Virus record (IMG/VR): IMGVR_UViG_3300023174_002543 | Span: 124,001-188,000 of that record | DNA length: 64,000 bases | Reading direction: 5' to 3' (one strand) | Shown: positions 36,781 through 44,189 of the stretch, in pieces | How positions within the stretch are numbered: position 1 is the stretch's first letter | Layout of the letters: each line of letters starts with the position of its first letter | The notes under the pieces: generated by a model | Seen by the model: only the letters and a program-made list of their open reading frames with translations | What the model was told of the DNA's origin: nothing | The model's database searches: none | Program-made: the position numbers and the translations under genes

Positions 36781-37203
36781 ATGACTAACTATAAAATATT
36801 TGAATATACCTATGATAAAGATAGTTTATTATCTTTGTATAATTCATTAAAAGATGAAGGTAAATCTAAAGTTGAGTTATGCTTTAATACAGCAGATTTA
36901 ACTGACGTACCGCATGATATCCTCCCTAATATGGATATCTATGAAAGAACATTGGCTATCGGAGAATATGGATTGGCAGAATTATTATCCGATACCGGAT
37001 ATCATGTTAATCCAGGCAATAATGGATTAATAATTTTCCCAGTGTCTGGTGTAATTAATTTTACATTTGAAGATGGAACTAGTATTGATATTACTCAACC
37101 TACATATACAAACGGTAAAGTAAGTCATACATACAGTCCAAAAGACGGTTCTGCTGTTTTCTTTGCTATTAAGATTCCATCTGATGTAGCATGGGAGGAT
37201 TAA
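36781..37203 (+). CDS. Hypothetical protein (degenerate cupin/2OG-like)
   Basis: GYHVN..NNGLIIFPV...HTY. Confidence 0.5.
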   Translation: MTNYKIFEYTYDKDSLLSLYNSLKDEGKSKVELCFNTADLTDVPHDILPNMDIYERTLAIGEYGLAELLSDTGYHVNPGNNGLIIFPVSGVINFTFEDGTSIDITQPTYTNGKVSHTYSPKDGSAVFFAIKIPSDVAWED

Positions 37204-37709
37204 TATTCTACCCGAATATTGATTTTGATTATTCTTACTTAACTCAATTAGTATACACATCAAAACCAATAGAAGGTAGACCCAATCATCATAGATTGGT
37301 AGCAGACGATAATTATCTAGTAAGTATCAGGGAAAGATATAATTTTCTTAGCCCGATATACAATGTGTATGTAATGCCAGATGGGCTACCGGTGCATACA
37401 GACGCCGGAAGAAAATGCACACTAAACATTCCCTTAGTTAATTGTAAAGATACAATAACTATAGTTTACCAATCAATAGATACTGAAACAGTATATGATA
37501 GTAGCAAAGTGGTAAACAAACTTAATTTAACAGAAAATCTAACAGAATTGTATAGATTTGAATTAGATAGACCTATGTTATTCAATACTACTTATCCACA
37601 TGAAGTAGTTACTAATGGTAAAGAAAGAATTTCTATTAGTTGGAGTCTTATGCCAGAGATAACATTTGACGAGGCTGTAGCACTTTTTAATGAGTGTGAG
37701 CAAGACTAG
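37191..37709 (+). CDS. 2OG-Fe(II) dioxygenase-like protein
   Basis: LPVHTD.GR.C.LNIPL...LFNT.YPHEV...RISISW. Confidence 0.65.
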   Translation: MGGLIFYPNIDFDYSYLTQLVYTSKPIEGRPNHHRLVADDNYLVSIRERYNFLSPIYNVYVMPDGLPVHTDAGRKCTLNIPLVNCKDTITIVYQSIDTETVYDSSKVVNKLNLTENLTELYRFELDRPMLFNTTYPHEVVTNGKERISISWSLMPEITFDEAVALFNECEQD

Positions 37710-38382
37710 CAATTACCTTTTTTACATTTGCTGTAGTAAAAGGTATATTAAGAATTAAATGGTGACTGTCGTTAACCCAACTAATGGTGCGATGTGTCAT
37801 ACGTGTGTTAACATAATATAGTTGACCTTGTTGTATATTCATCTTTTTGTCGTCCATTAACCAATCATATTGTAATGGGCCGCAATTGTTTAAAAATGCA
37901 ACTAGCCTAAAACATTCACGTGGCATACTTGGTGCATCACGGTGAGGAACAAAATATCCACCTATGTCACTACGTATAATCATAGAGCGACCAAGAGGTT
38001 GCCATTGTTCCAATACCGAATGTAAACTAGGACAACGATTATATACATCGGTTGGTGTGTTGAATTCTAATTCACTTAATTGACGACCGGCAGCATAACT
38101 TGCTTCGGCAAGGCTTGTATTTTCTTTGTGAGATTTACCGGGCAATGCCATTAATGTCATTGCTTTACGATTGTTGGGTCTATCTGTGCGAGGCAAATAA
38201 TTTACCCAATCATTGTCAAATTGACTAATCTCTTGCATATACTTGCCTGTGTCAATATACATGTTAAGTGGCTCAAAGTTACCTAAGTTAAGTAATGCTA
38301 ATTCATTAGCCATTATTTCGTGTGTAACATTAGTCGGGTCATATTCTTGGGGTCTGCCGCTGATTCCTGGTGGTACAAGCAT
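37687..38382 (-). CDS. Asp/Asn beta-hydroxylase-like 2OG-Fe(II) dioxygenase
   Basis: GGYFVPHRD, YYVNTRMTHRTISW...HLILN. Confidence 0.7.
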   Translation of the reverse strand: MLVPPGISGRPQEYDPTNVTHEIMANELALLNLGNFEPLNMYIDTGKYMQEISQFDNDWVNYLPRTDRPNNRKAMTLMALPGKSHKENTSLAEASYAAGRQLSELEFNTPTDVYNRCPSLHSVLEQWQPLGRSMIIRSDIGGYFVPHRDAPSMPRECFRLVAFLNNCGPLQYDWLMDDKKMNIQQGQLYYVNTRMTHRTISWVNDSHHLILNIPFTTANVKKVIASLAHTH

Positions 38383-38393
38383 TATAATGTTCT

Positions 38394-39050
38394 TTAAATA
38401 TAAGTTATCATTTGATCCATTGTAGGTCTTCTGTTCCTTGTATGGATATTTCTAATTGAAGAATCTAGATTTTTCAGGTCAAACCCAATTTCTATACCGT
38501 CTTTATAAACTTTAGAAATTGGATAATCACTGTGGTCACTGGTTGCGTAACCAAATCCAAGAGTGATGATAGCACTATGTTCTGGTTTGTTTAATCTGTC
38601 AGCAATTTCTCTGCCACCTATACAACCACAAAATCCAGTGCTAACACCTAATTCTTCGGCTTGACACATTGCCATAGTAGCACTAACTATGCAATCATTG
38701 TTAGTACGAAGGAATTCGTTTTCGGTATATGAATTCATTGGTTGATTGAATTGTTTGCCTAGCCAAATCATTACAATGGGTGCAGCCATTTGACCATTAT
38801 ATCTACGTAAACCAGGACCTTGCTTGGCTCTAATCATATCCAAGCAACTAGTATCTTCGTAGTATAACCATTGTTTAAACTCTTTGCCAGCAGGACTATC
38901 AGTAAGCACTATAATTTCATAGTCATAGTGACCTTGTTTGCTTGGTGCAAGATATGCACATTCAAGGATAGCATTAATTTTTTCGTTTTCTACAGTTTGG
39001 TCATTCCACCATTTTGCTGTATAACGGGTTCGCAAATAATCTAATAACAT
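38394..39050 (-). CDS. Nitroreductase-family protein
   Basis: RTRYTAKWW...ILECAYLAPSKQG; MCQAEELGVSTGFCG. Start moved to the ATG at 39050, 5 nt after TATAAATA. Confidence 0.8.
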   Translation of the reverse strand: MLLDYLRTRYTAKWWNDQTVENEKINAILECAYLAPSKQGHYDYEIIVLTDSPAGKEFKQWLYYEDTSCLDMIRAKQGPGLRRYNGQMAAPIVMIWLGKQFNQPMNSYTENEFLRTNNDCIVSATMAMCQAEELGVSTGFCGCIGGREIADRLNKPEHSAIITLGFGYATSDHSDYPISKVYKDGIEIGFDLKNLDSSIRNIHTRNRRPTMDQMITYI

Positions 39051-39091
39051 AGAAATATTTATACGTTTAAATGCCCATGAGAAACAATTAG

Positions 39092-39246
39092 TGTTGTTTT
39101 TTTGCAACAAACAGTTTGACAAGATATCCAACTTAGTATATAATTCATTTATGAATTGAGAAATTGATTCGCTGGGTGAATTGAAGAATTTGTTGTAATA
39201 ATACAACACAAAAAGATTTGACAATAAATCCAATTAGATGTATAAT
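39092..39246 (+). promoter_or_regulatory. Tandem duplicated sigma70 promoters, each preceded by TGTTG-N8-CAACA
   Basis: TTGACA 39116/TATAAT 39139 and TTGACA 39218/TATAAT 39241. Confidence 0.8.
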
Positions 39247-39296
39247 ACATTTAATGAGTTGAGAAATCAACATGTTCTTTAAAAAGTTAATTTTTC

Positions 39297-39559
39297 ATAT
39301 AGCCCTGTTTAAGTTACAGGGACTATATGCAAACACATTGGGTTACCTTCCCAGTAGGTAACTTAGATAGTGAGTAACCAGTTGACGGACTGGCACTTCT
39401 GAGTTACACGAAACCTTGAGACTATTAGTTATAGTAGTCAGGAGGACGCTGGAACAAGTTGGCACGTAATGTGGTTGACAAACAAGTCCGTGGACGGCAC
39501 GGTAGGGCAGGATCAAAACTGTTATTTTTGTCAAACACCCCAATGTCTTTTCATATAGT
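39297..39559 (+). ncRNA. Candidate multi-branch ncRNA closed by a clamp stem
   Basis: 18/20-bp stem 39322-39341/39540-39559; competing 5' hairpin 39297-39328; several inner hairpins. Confidence 0.6.
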
Positions 39560-39560
39560 G

Positions 39561-39689
39561 TGTTATTAGTTCTATCCTCTGTAAGCACAGAGGCAAACTA
39601 GATGCGTTATGTAACCTATCCGATAAACAGTAATCGGCCGTAAAGCTGTTGAGGGTAGGCAAATAGTGCAGTGGATAGAACTAATAATA
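39561..39689 (+). ncRNA. Candidate ncRNA with H-type pseudoknot
   Basis: Perfect 15-bp closing stem 39563-39577/39673-39687; CCGAT/ATCGG hairpin whose loop AACAG pairs with CTGTT. Confidence 0.6.
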
Positions 39690-39692
39690 TTT

Positions 39693-39769
39693 GCACCGTT
39701 AGCGCAGTTGGTTAGCGCACCGCCCTGTCACGGCGGGGGTCAGGGGTTCGAGTCCCCTACGGTGCGCCA
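39693..39769 (+). tRNA. tRNA-Asp(GTC)
   Basis: CCGCC-ctGTCac-GGCGG; CCA. Confidence 0.95.
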
Positions 39770-39776
39770 AGTTTTT

Positions 39777-39852
39777 GCTGGGTTCGTCTATCGGTTTAGG
39801 ACACATGCCTTTCACGTATGTAAGACGGGTTCGATTCCCGTACCCAGTACCA
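39777..39852 (+). tRNA. tRNA-Glu(TTC)
   Basis: CATGC-ctTTCac-GTATG; CCA. Confidence 0.93.
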
Positions 39853-39858
39853 AGTTTT

Positions 39859-39943
39859 GGAGATGTAGGAAAATTGGTAACCCCAGGAGACTGTAAATCT
39901 TCCGCCTCTGGCACTGTTGGTTCAACTCCAACCGTCTCCACCA
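39859..39943 (+). tRNA. tRNA-Tyr(GTA)
   Basis: AGA-ctGTAaa-TCT; long V-arm; CCA. Confidence 0.92.
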
Positions 39944-39964
39944 GAAACATGTTAGTAAAGAATT

Positions 39965-40825
39965 TGGGGGCATAGCCTCTTTAAGATAAGTCACGTGAGT
40001 GACCCAAAGCAGTATCCTCCTACAGGACTGCGCCAGTAATGGTCTATCTATGCAAGCCTGCTCTCACCCGCGAGGGTGCGTTCACTGATAAGACCGGTGG
40101 ATGTAACAGTAAAGCAAGTGTGTTGGAAAGAATGTCTGTTTATGTTCCCGTGAGGGTAAGACAGGCGGACAGAGAGTAACAGGTGGTGCTGACCTCAACA
40201 CAAAACCAACTTGTCAATTGGTAAGAGAAAGGGTAGTGTATTGATTCGAAGGGTCGCTCCTAAGAGTTCGTATGCAGTTTGAGTGTTTGATGGATATGTA
40301 GTAATACATATACATTGGTCGCAAAAAACTACTGATTACTCCGCGAGAGGAAAGGTACGTGGCGTGTTGTATTTTGTAGTCCAAAAGATTATGAAGCAAC
40401 TGAGACAGCACATCACAGTAGGTTGTTATAGGCTAATGGTAGGCCGATTTCCTTTTAAGAAATAGACTGTTGGTTCAACTCCAACTAACATTATAAAAAC
40501 GCAAAGTCTGTCTCGGTGGTATGTGAAAAACATCTAATACTTGAGTGGCAACACAATCAAGTCTGACGTAACTCGCAAGGTGAAATCAGTTTATGCAGGA
40601 AGTATCGTAACTACTTAGCGGTAGTGAATGGCTCTAAAGGTCAACGGTGTAGAAAGCGTAGAATAGCATATCATGTCAAGTCTAATGCCTGACTTAAAAC
40701 GGCGATGTTGGTAACAGACTAGGATATGTAGTAATACAGTCTTAGTGGAAATCAGAAGAAAGTAGGCTCGCAAGGCTTACAATAATGTCTGAGGTGTTAC
40801 TCGGTAAGCATGTATTCTCAGTGCT
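39965..40825 (+). ncRNA. Large ornate ncRNA, GOLLD-like (about 860 nt); boundaries approximate
   Basis: Long non-coding stretch inside the tRNA array with many GNRA-capped hairpins (ccc-GCGA-ggg, ccc-GTGA-ggg, gctc-GCAA-ggc, atatgta-GTAA-tacatat). Size and context match GOLLD; not tested against Rfam. Confidence 0.6.
40422..40493 (+). tRNA. CCA-less tRNA-Lys(TTT) embedded in the large ncRNA
   Basis: GGCT-aatggta-GGCC D-arm; ATTTC-ctTTTaa-GAAAT; GTTGG-ttcaact-CCAAC; weak acceptor; no CCA. Confidence 0.75.
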
Positions 40826-40829
40826 CCAC

Positions 40830-40930
40830 TTTATATAAAAACATACTGGACGCCACACAACGGCGGTCTAGCGTCAACTAGGCGATGTTACGTTTGACGA
40901 TGTAACAGATTTAGTGTGTTTCTATATAAA
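40830..40930 (+). ncRNA. Clamp element enclosing three hairpins (four-way junction)
   Basis: 17/18-bp stem 40830-40847/40913-40930; inner GACGCC/GGCGGTC, CTAG/CTAG, TGTTAC/GTAACA. Confidence 0.6.
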
Positions 40931-40934
40931 GGTT

Positions 40935-41147
40935 TTGTAAGTGTCAGCAAGAGAATGTCACGCTATAAAAGTTTCTTCGAAGGACTGATATAGTAAAAGG
41001 GGACGGGTTCAACTCCCGGTGGATCGGAAGATCCGCGCAGATTGGTTGCTAACTGGACTAGTATCCCAAGTGACGTACCGAGTCCTGGCCCGGGCTTTAT
41101 GCAAATCAGGTGAATGGTGTCAATAACGATGGTGGCACAACTTACAA
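40935..41147 (+). ncRNA. Candidate structured ncRNA (about 210 nt)
   Basis: Closing TTGTAAG-TGTC/GGCAC-aa-CTTACAA; T-loop-like GGG-TTCAACT-CCC; GGATC-ggaa-GATCC. Confidence 0.55.
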
Positions 41148-41156
41148 ATTTAATAT

Positions 41157-41244
41157 GGAGTATTGGCCGACCGGTTAAGGCAACGGATTGCTAATCCGTC
41201 GTTCAGAAATGGGCGAGTAGGTTCGATTCCTACATACTCCGCCA
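41157..41244 (+). tRNA. tRNA-Ser(GCT)
   Basis: ACGGA-ttGCTaa-TCCGT; long V-arm; CCA. Confidence 0.94.
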
Positions 41245-41266
41245 AAACGTTCCGTTGTCAACGGAT

Positions 41267-41504
41267 ACTCTGACCCAGAGGATGAGAAGTGATGTGACAA
41301 TCACGGGTGGTTCTGAAACGGAAAAGTTTCACACAGAAGCCATGATTGAACATGGATGTATGTGCGGTCTAACCAAACCGGCGTTAGCAATACGAGAACG
41401 GTCCCTGTCGGGAAGCGGGTGGAGGTCGTGCGTGATGTTGTCGTGGATTATTCGTCTAGTCCGATGATTGATGCGATATAATTACCGCCGAGGGATGTCA
41501 GAGC
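41267..41504 (+). ncRNA. Candidate structured ncRNA (about 240 nt)
   Basis: Closing CTCTGAC/GTCAGAG; inner GGTTCTG/CAGAAGCC, GAAAC/GTTTC, CGGT/ACCG, CGTT/AACG, TCCC/GGGA. Confidence 0.55.
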
Positions 41505-41512
41505 ATTTATAT

Positions 41513-41590
41513 GTAGGAGTGGCAGAGCGGCCCATTGCAACGGATTGCAAATCCGTAAAACCGTGAGTTCAAATCTCACCTCCTACTCCA
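41513..41590 (+). tRNA. tRNA-Cys(GCA)
   Basis: ACGGA-ttGCAaa-TCCGT; U73; CCA. Confidence 0.92.
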
Positions 41591-41609
41591 AATATTGAAA
41601 GGAAATGTA

Positions 41610-41990
41610 ATGTATTATGATTATGAATCGTCTGCTAAGTTAACAGACATGGTAGGTAAAGTGTTTACCTCAGTTAAAGAAACTGGTGATACTATGGTGT
41701 TTGAAAATGCAACTGACCGTTATGTTTTCTTTCACTCACAAGATTGTTGCGAATCAGTTAGCATCAATGATATAGTAGGTGATTTGTCTGACCTAGTAGG
41801 GGAACCTCTATTAGTGGCAGATGAAGTGTCTGGAGAAGCTCCGGTTGGATTTGAAGATGAATATCACGAATCAGTAACTTGGACATTTTACAAATTTGCT
41901 ACTCGCAAAGGGTATGTGGATGTACGATGGCTAGGTGAATCTAATGGGTACTATAGCGAAAGCGTAGACCTAGGTTACGAAAAAGTTTAA
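41610..41990 (+). CDS. Hypothetical protein
   Basis: GAAAGGA RBS; HSQDCCESV, WTFYKFAT.KG...RW.GESNGYYSE. Confidence 0.8.
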   Translation: MYYDYESSAKLTDMVGKVFTSVKETGDTMVFENATDRYVFFHSQDCCESVSINDIVGDLSDLVGEPLLVADEVSGEAPVGFEDEYHESVTWTFYKFATRKGYVDVRWLGESNGYYSESVDLGYEKV

Positions 41991-42004
41991 CAAAAGGAAA
42001 TGAC

Positions 42005-42061
42005 ATGAAACGAGGTAAGAAATAGTGTCATCATAGACTTCCGTAGGTCTATGATTGGCAC
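42005..42061 (+). other. Minigene MKRGKK-stop followed by a 14-bp hairpin
   Basis: AAAGGA RBS; ATG 42005; TAG 42023-42025; GTGTCA-TCATAGAC/GTCTATGA-t-TGGCAC. Confidence 0.45.
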
Positions 42062-42084
42062 GTAAAATCAATCATACGACTTAT

Positions 42085-42161
42085 GGAAGCATAACTCAAC
42101 TGGCTAGAGTATCGGACTTTTAATCCGAGAGTTGTGGGTTCGAGTCCCACTGCTTCTACCA
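42085..42161 (+). tRNA. tRNA-Lys(TTT)
   Basis: TCGGA-ctTTTaa-TCCGA; CCA. Confidence 0.94.
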
Positions 42162-42239
42162 TATAAGAACATACTGCCTTCTGGTGAGTAAGATAACAAT
42201 GCTTACAATAAAAGTCCAAGTAGTGTGTTCCTATATGGT
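42158..42239 (+). ncRNA. Clamp hairpin sequestering tRNA-Lys ACCA
   Basis: 17/18-bp ACCATATAAGAACATACT/AGTGTGTTCCTATATGGT. Confidence 0.65.
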
Positions 42240-42251
42240 ATAAATATTTTT

Positions 42252-42473
42252 ATGATAAATGAATTTAAATTTTTATTCACAAATAAAGAAGAATATCATC
42301 GTAGGTATGATATTTGCAAAAGTTGTGATAGGTTCAATAGCTTAACCAAGCAATGTAAAGAATGTAATTGCTTTATGCCAATGAAATGTAAGATAAGCAA
42401 TTTGCCCTGCCCCTTAGGCTATTGGGCTAATGCAATAGATGTATCTGAAACAGATAATTTAGAAACGTTATAA
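42252..42473 (+). CDS. Small Cys-rich metal-binding protein (DUF6171-like)
   Basis: R...CKSC......QCKECNCFM..K......CP...W; TATAAATA 5 nt upstream. Confidence 0.75.
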   Translation: MINEFKFLFTNKEEYHRRYDICKSCDRFNSLTKQCKECNCFMPMKCKISNLPCPLGYWANAIDVSETDNLETL

Positions 42474-42475
42474 AA

Positions 42476-42549
42476 GTCTCCTTGGTGTAACGGCAGCATG
42501 ATGGTCTCCAAAACCATTCGTGGGGGTTCAAATCCCTCAGGGGACGCCA
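42476..42549 (+). tRNA. tRNA-Trp(CCA)
   Basis: ATGGT-ctCCAaa-ACCAT; CCA. Confidence 0.93.
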
Positions 42550-42551
42550 AA

Positions 42552-42752
42552 TTATTTTCTAAACTCAAGTTCCTTGAGTTTTTTGATTACTAAATCAAAA
42601 GTATGTGAATCATTTAATGATAGACTAGCAATTAGGGCAAGAAGGATACCCTGTTCATACAACAGTTGTTGTTCTCTTGTATTAAAATTCTTTTTATTAG
42701 AAATATATACAAGATGTTCTCGCAGGCGTTCTGCTATTTTTAATGGATCCAT
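42552..42752 (-). CDS. Small antisense hypothetical protein within the tRNA array
   Basis: Minus-strand TATAAATA 4 nt upstream of the ATG. Confidence 0.65.
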   Translation of the reverse strand: MDPLKIAERLREHLVYISNKKNFNTREQQLLYEQGILLALIASLSLNDSHTFDLVIKKLKELEFRK

Positions 42753-42765
42753 ATATTATTTATAA

Positions 42766-42842
42766 GCCTCAATAGCTCATTTGGTTAGAGCACCGTCTTG
42801 ATAAGGCGGGGGTGCCTAGTTCGAATCTAGGTTGAGGCACCA
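42766..42842 (+). tRNA. tRNA-Ile(GAT)
   Basis: CCGTC-ttGATaa-GGCGG; CCA. Confidence 0.94.
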
Positions 42843-42848
42843 GAATAT

Positions 42849-42877
42849 TTGACAAGTACTAACTAGTGCTATATAAT
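42849..42877 (+). promoter_or_regulatory. Sigma70 promoter
   Basis: TTGACA-17-TATAAT. Confidence 0.8.
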
Positions 42878-42888
42878 AGAGACATGTT

Positions 42889-42965
<77 letters not shown>

Positions 42966-42982
42966 CCTAATAAGAAAGTATC

Positions 42983-43399
42983 ATGGATTTAACAAAAGAA
43001 GACGGCGACAAACGCAATAGTTTACCTTATCCAATGGAGTTAGGTAGTCCTGCATTTGCACCCATCGATGTTAAAAAAGAAAGTGATGTGTTATACAATG
43101 CTGGCAAATTACATGCCAAGCAAGAGTATGATAGAATCATGGAACAAGTAGAAGTTCTAAGACGCCAAGCAGAAAGTTTGGAGCATAGAATGCAAGTAAG
43201 TGACATGATGCATAATATTACTATTACCTTTAAGCCGGTGCATGGTAAGATTTATTATGTGTATTTGGATACACTTAAAAATAAACACTGGCTTTCACTG
43301 AACCATCCTAATAGTTGGTCAGCACTAGGTATACATCATAAATTTGTAGTTGCTGTCCAACTAATGGGTGATAGTAATTGGCAAAAAGTAGAAATTTAA
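42983..43399 (+). CDS. DUF2452-like hypothetical protein
   Basis: PYP.ELGSPAF; coiled coil AKQEYDRI.EQ; FKPVHGKIYYVY. Confidence 0.7.
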   Translation: MDLTKEDGDKRNSLPYPMELGSPAFAPIDVKKESDVLYNAGKLHAKQEYDRIMEQVEVLRRQAESLEHRMQVSDMMHNITITFKPVHGKIYYVYLDTLKNKHWLSLNHPNSWSALGIHHKFVVAVQLMGDSNWQKVEI

Positions 43400-43400
43400 T

Positions 43401-43474
43401 GCGGGGTTAGTTTAATGGTAAAACAGCAGATTTCCAATCTTCGGTCGAGAGTTCGATTCTCTCACTCCGCTCCA
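43401..43474 (+). tRNA. tRNA-Gly(TCC)
   Basis: Loop ttTCCaa; U73; CCA. Confidence 0.9.
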
Positions 43475-43670
43475 ATCAATAGGAATATTATTTATGAATA
43501 TGAAAATTACATACGACAATCCTGATAACTTACAAGAAGACAGTACTCCTATACCGGAGGACGCTAAAAAAGGTCTTGCAATTCCATTTCATGTTCAGAT
43601 TGGACTACAAGAATCAATACCGGTATCAATAAGTACTACTCAAGTTCCAATAGAACCAAGTGAGAAATAG

Positions 43671-43910
43671 TTGACAGACTACATAACAACATTTTTTGCA
43701 ATCTTTTTACTTGATATTGTTTACACATACTACTTAAGATGTGTGGCAAATGATAACGTGTTAGGTGCAAGTTTTTGGAGTGTAGCCTGTTATATCTTAG
43801 GAAGTGTGGCAGTTATAAATTACACAACCAATCATTGGTTAATGATTCCAGCAATGGCTGGTGCGTTTTGTGGCACCTTTATTGGAATGAAGATTAGAAA
43901 GAAAGATTGA
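43671..43910 (+). CDS. Small membrane protein
   Basis: Three hydrophobic segments; TTG start. Confidence 0.65.
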   Translation: MTDYITTFFAIFLLDIVYTYYLRCVANDNVLGASFWSVACYILGSVAVINYTTNHWLMIPAMAGAFCGTFIGMKIRKKD

Positions 43911-43912
43911 TT

Positions 43913-43996
43913 GCCCCGGTGGTGGAATGGTAGACACGTTGGTCTTAGAAGCCAATGTCGAAAGGCGTGCGAGTTCGAGTCTCGCCTGGGGCACCA
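43913..43996 (+). tRNA. tRNA-Leu(TAG)
   Basis: TTGGT-ctTAGaa-GCCAA; long V-arm; CCA. Confidence 0.94.
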
Positions 43997-44000
43997 AATT

Positions 44001-44084
44001 GCGAGAGTGGTGGAATGGTATACACAGCAGACTTAAAATCTGCCGCCGAAGGGCTTACGGGTTCGAGTCCCGTCTCTCGTACCA
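44001..44084 (+). tRNA. tRNA-Leu(TAA)
   Basis: GCAGA-ctTAAaa-TCTGC; long V-arm; CCA. Confidence 0.94.
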
Positions 44085-44189
44085 TTATAGAGTACAGGCT
44101 CTTTATAAATCCTGTCTTTGCGTGGAACCGAGCAACGCTACTGCTTGTATAAGCATCGGTTCATATTACTACTATAGATAAATAGTAGT

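Noticed and set aside
38394-39233. Nitroreductase start at 39233 as in the ORF track
   Set aside because: The extension crosses opposite-strand promoters; the ATG at 39050 just after TATAAATA is more plausible.
39343-41467. ORF-track entries at 39343, 39666, 39699, 39775, 39812, 40214, 40283, 41255 (and 31375, 43927, 43955)
   Set aside because: They overlap tRNAs or structured RNA, lack RBS and read like translated tRNA sequence.
41267-41504. RNase P RNA
   Set aside because: GGAAAAGTTTC and CACAGA faintly echo the GAGGAAAGUCC and ACAGAA motifs, but the P4 pseudoknot consensus is absent.
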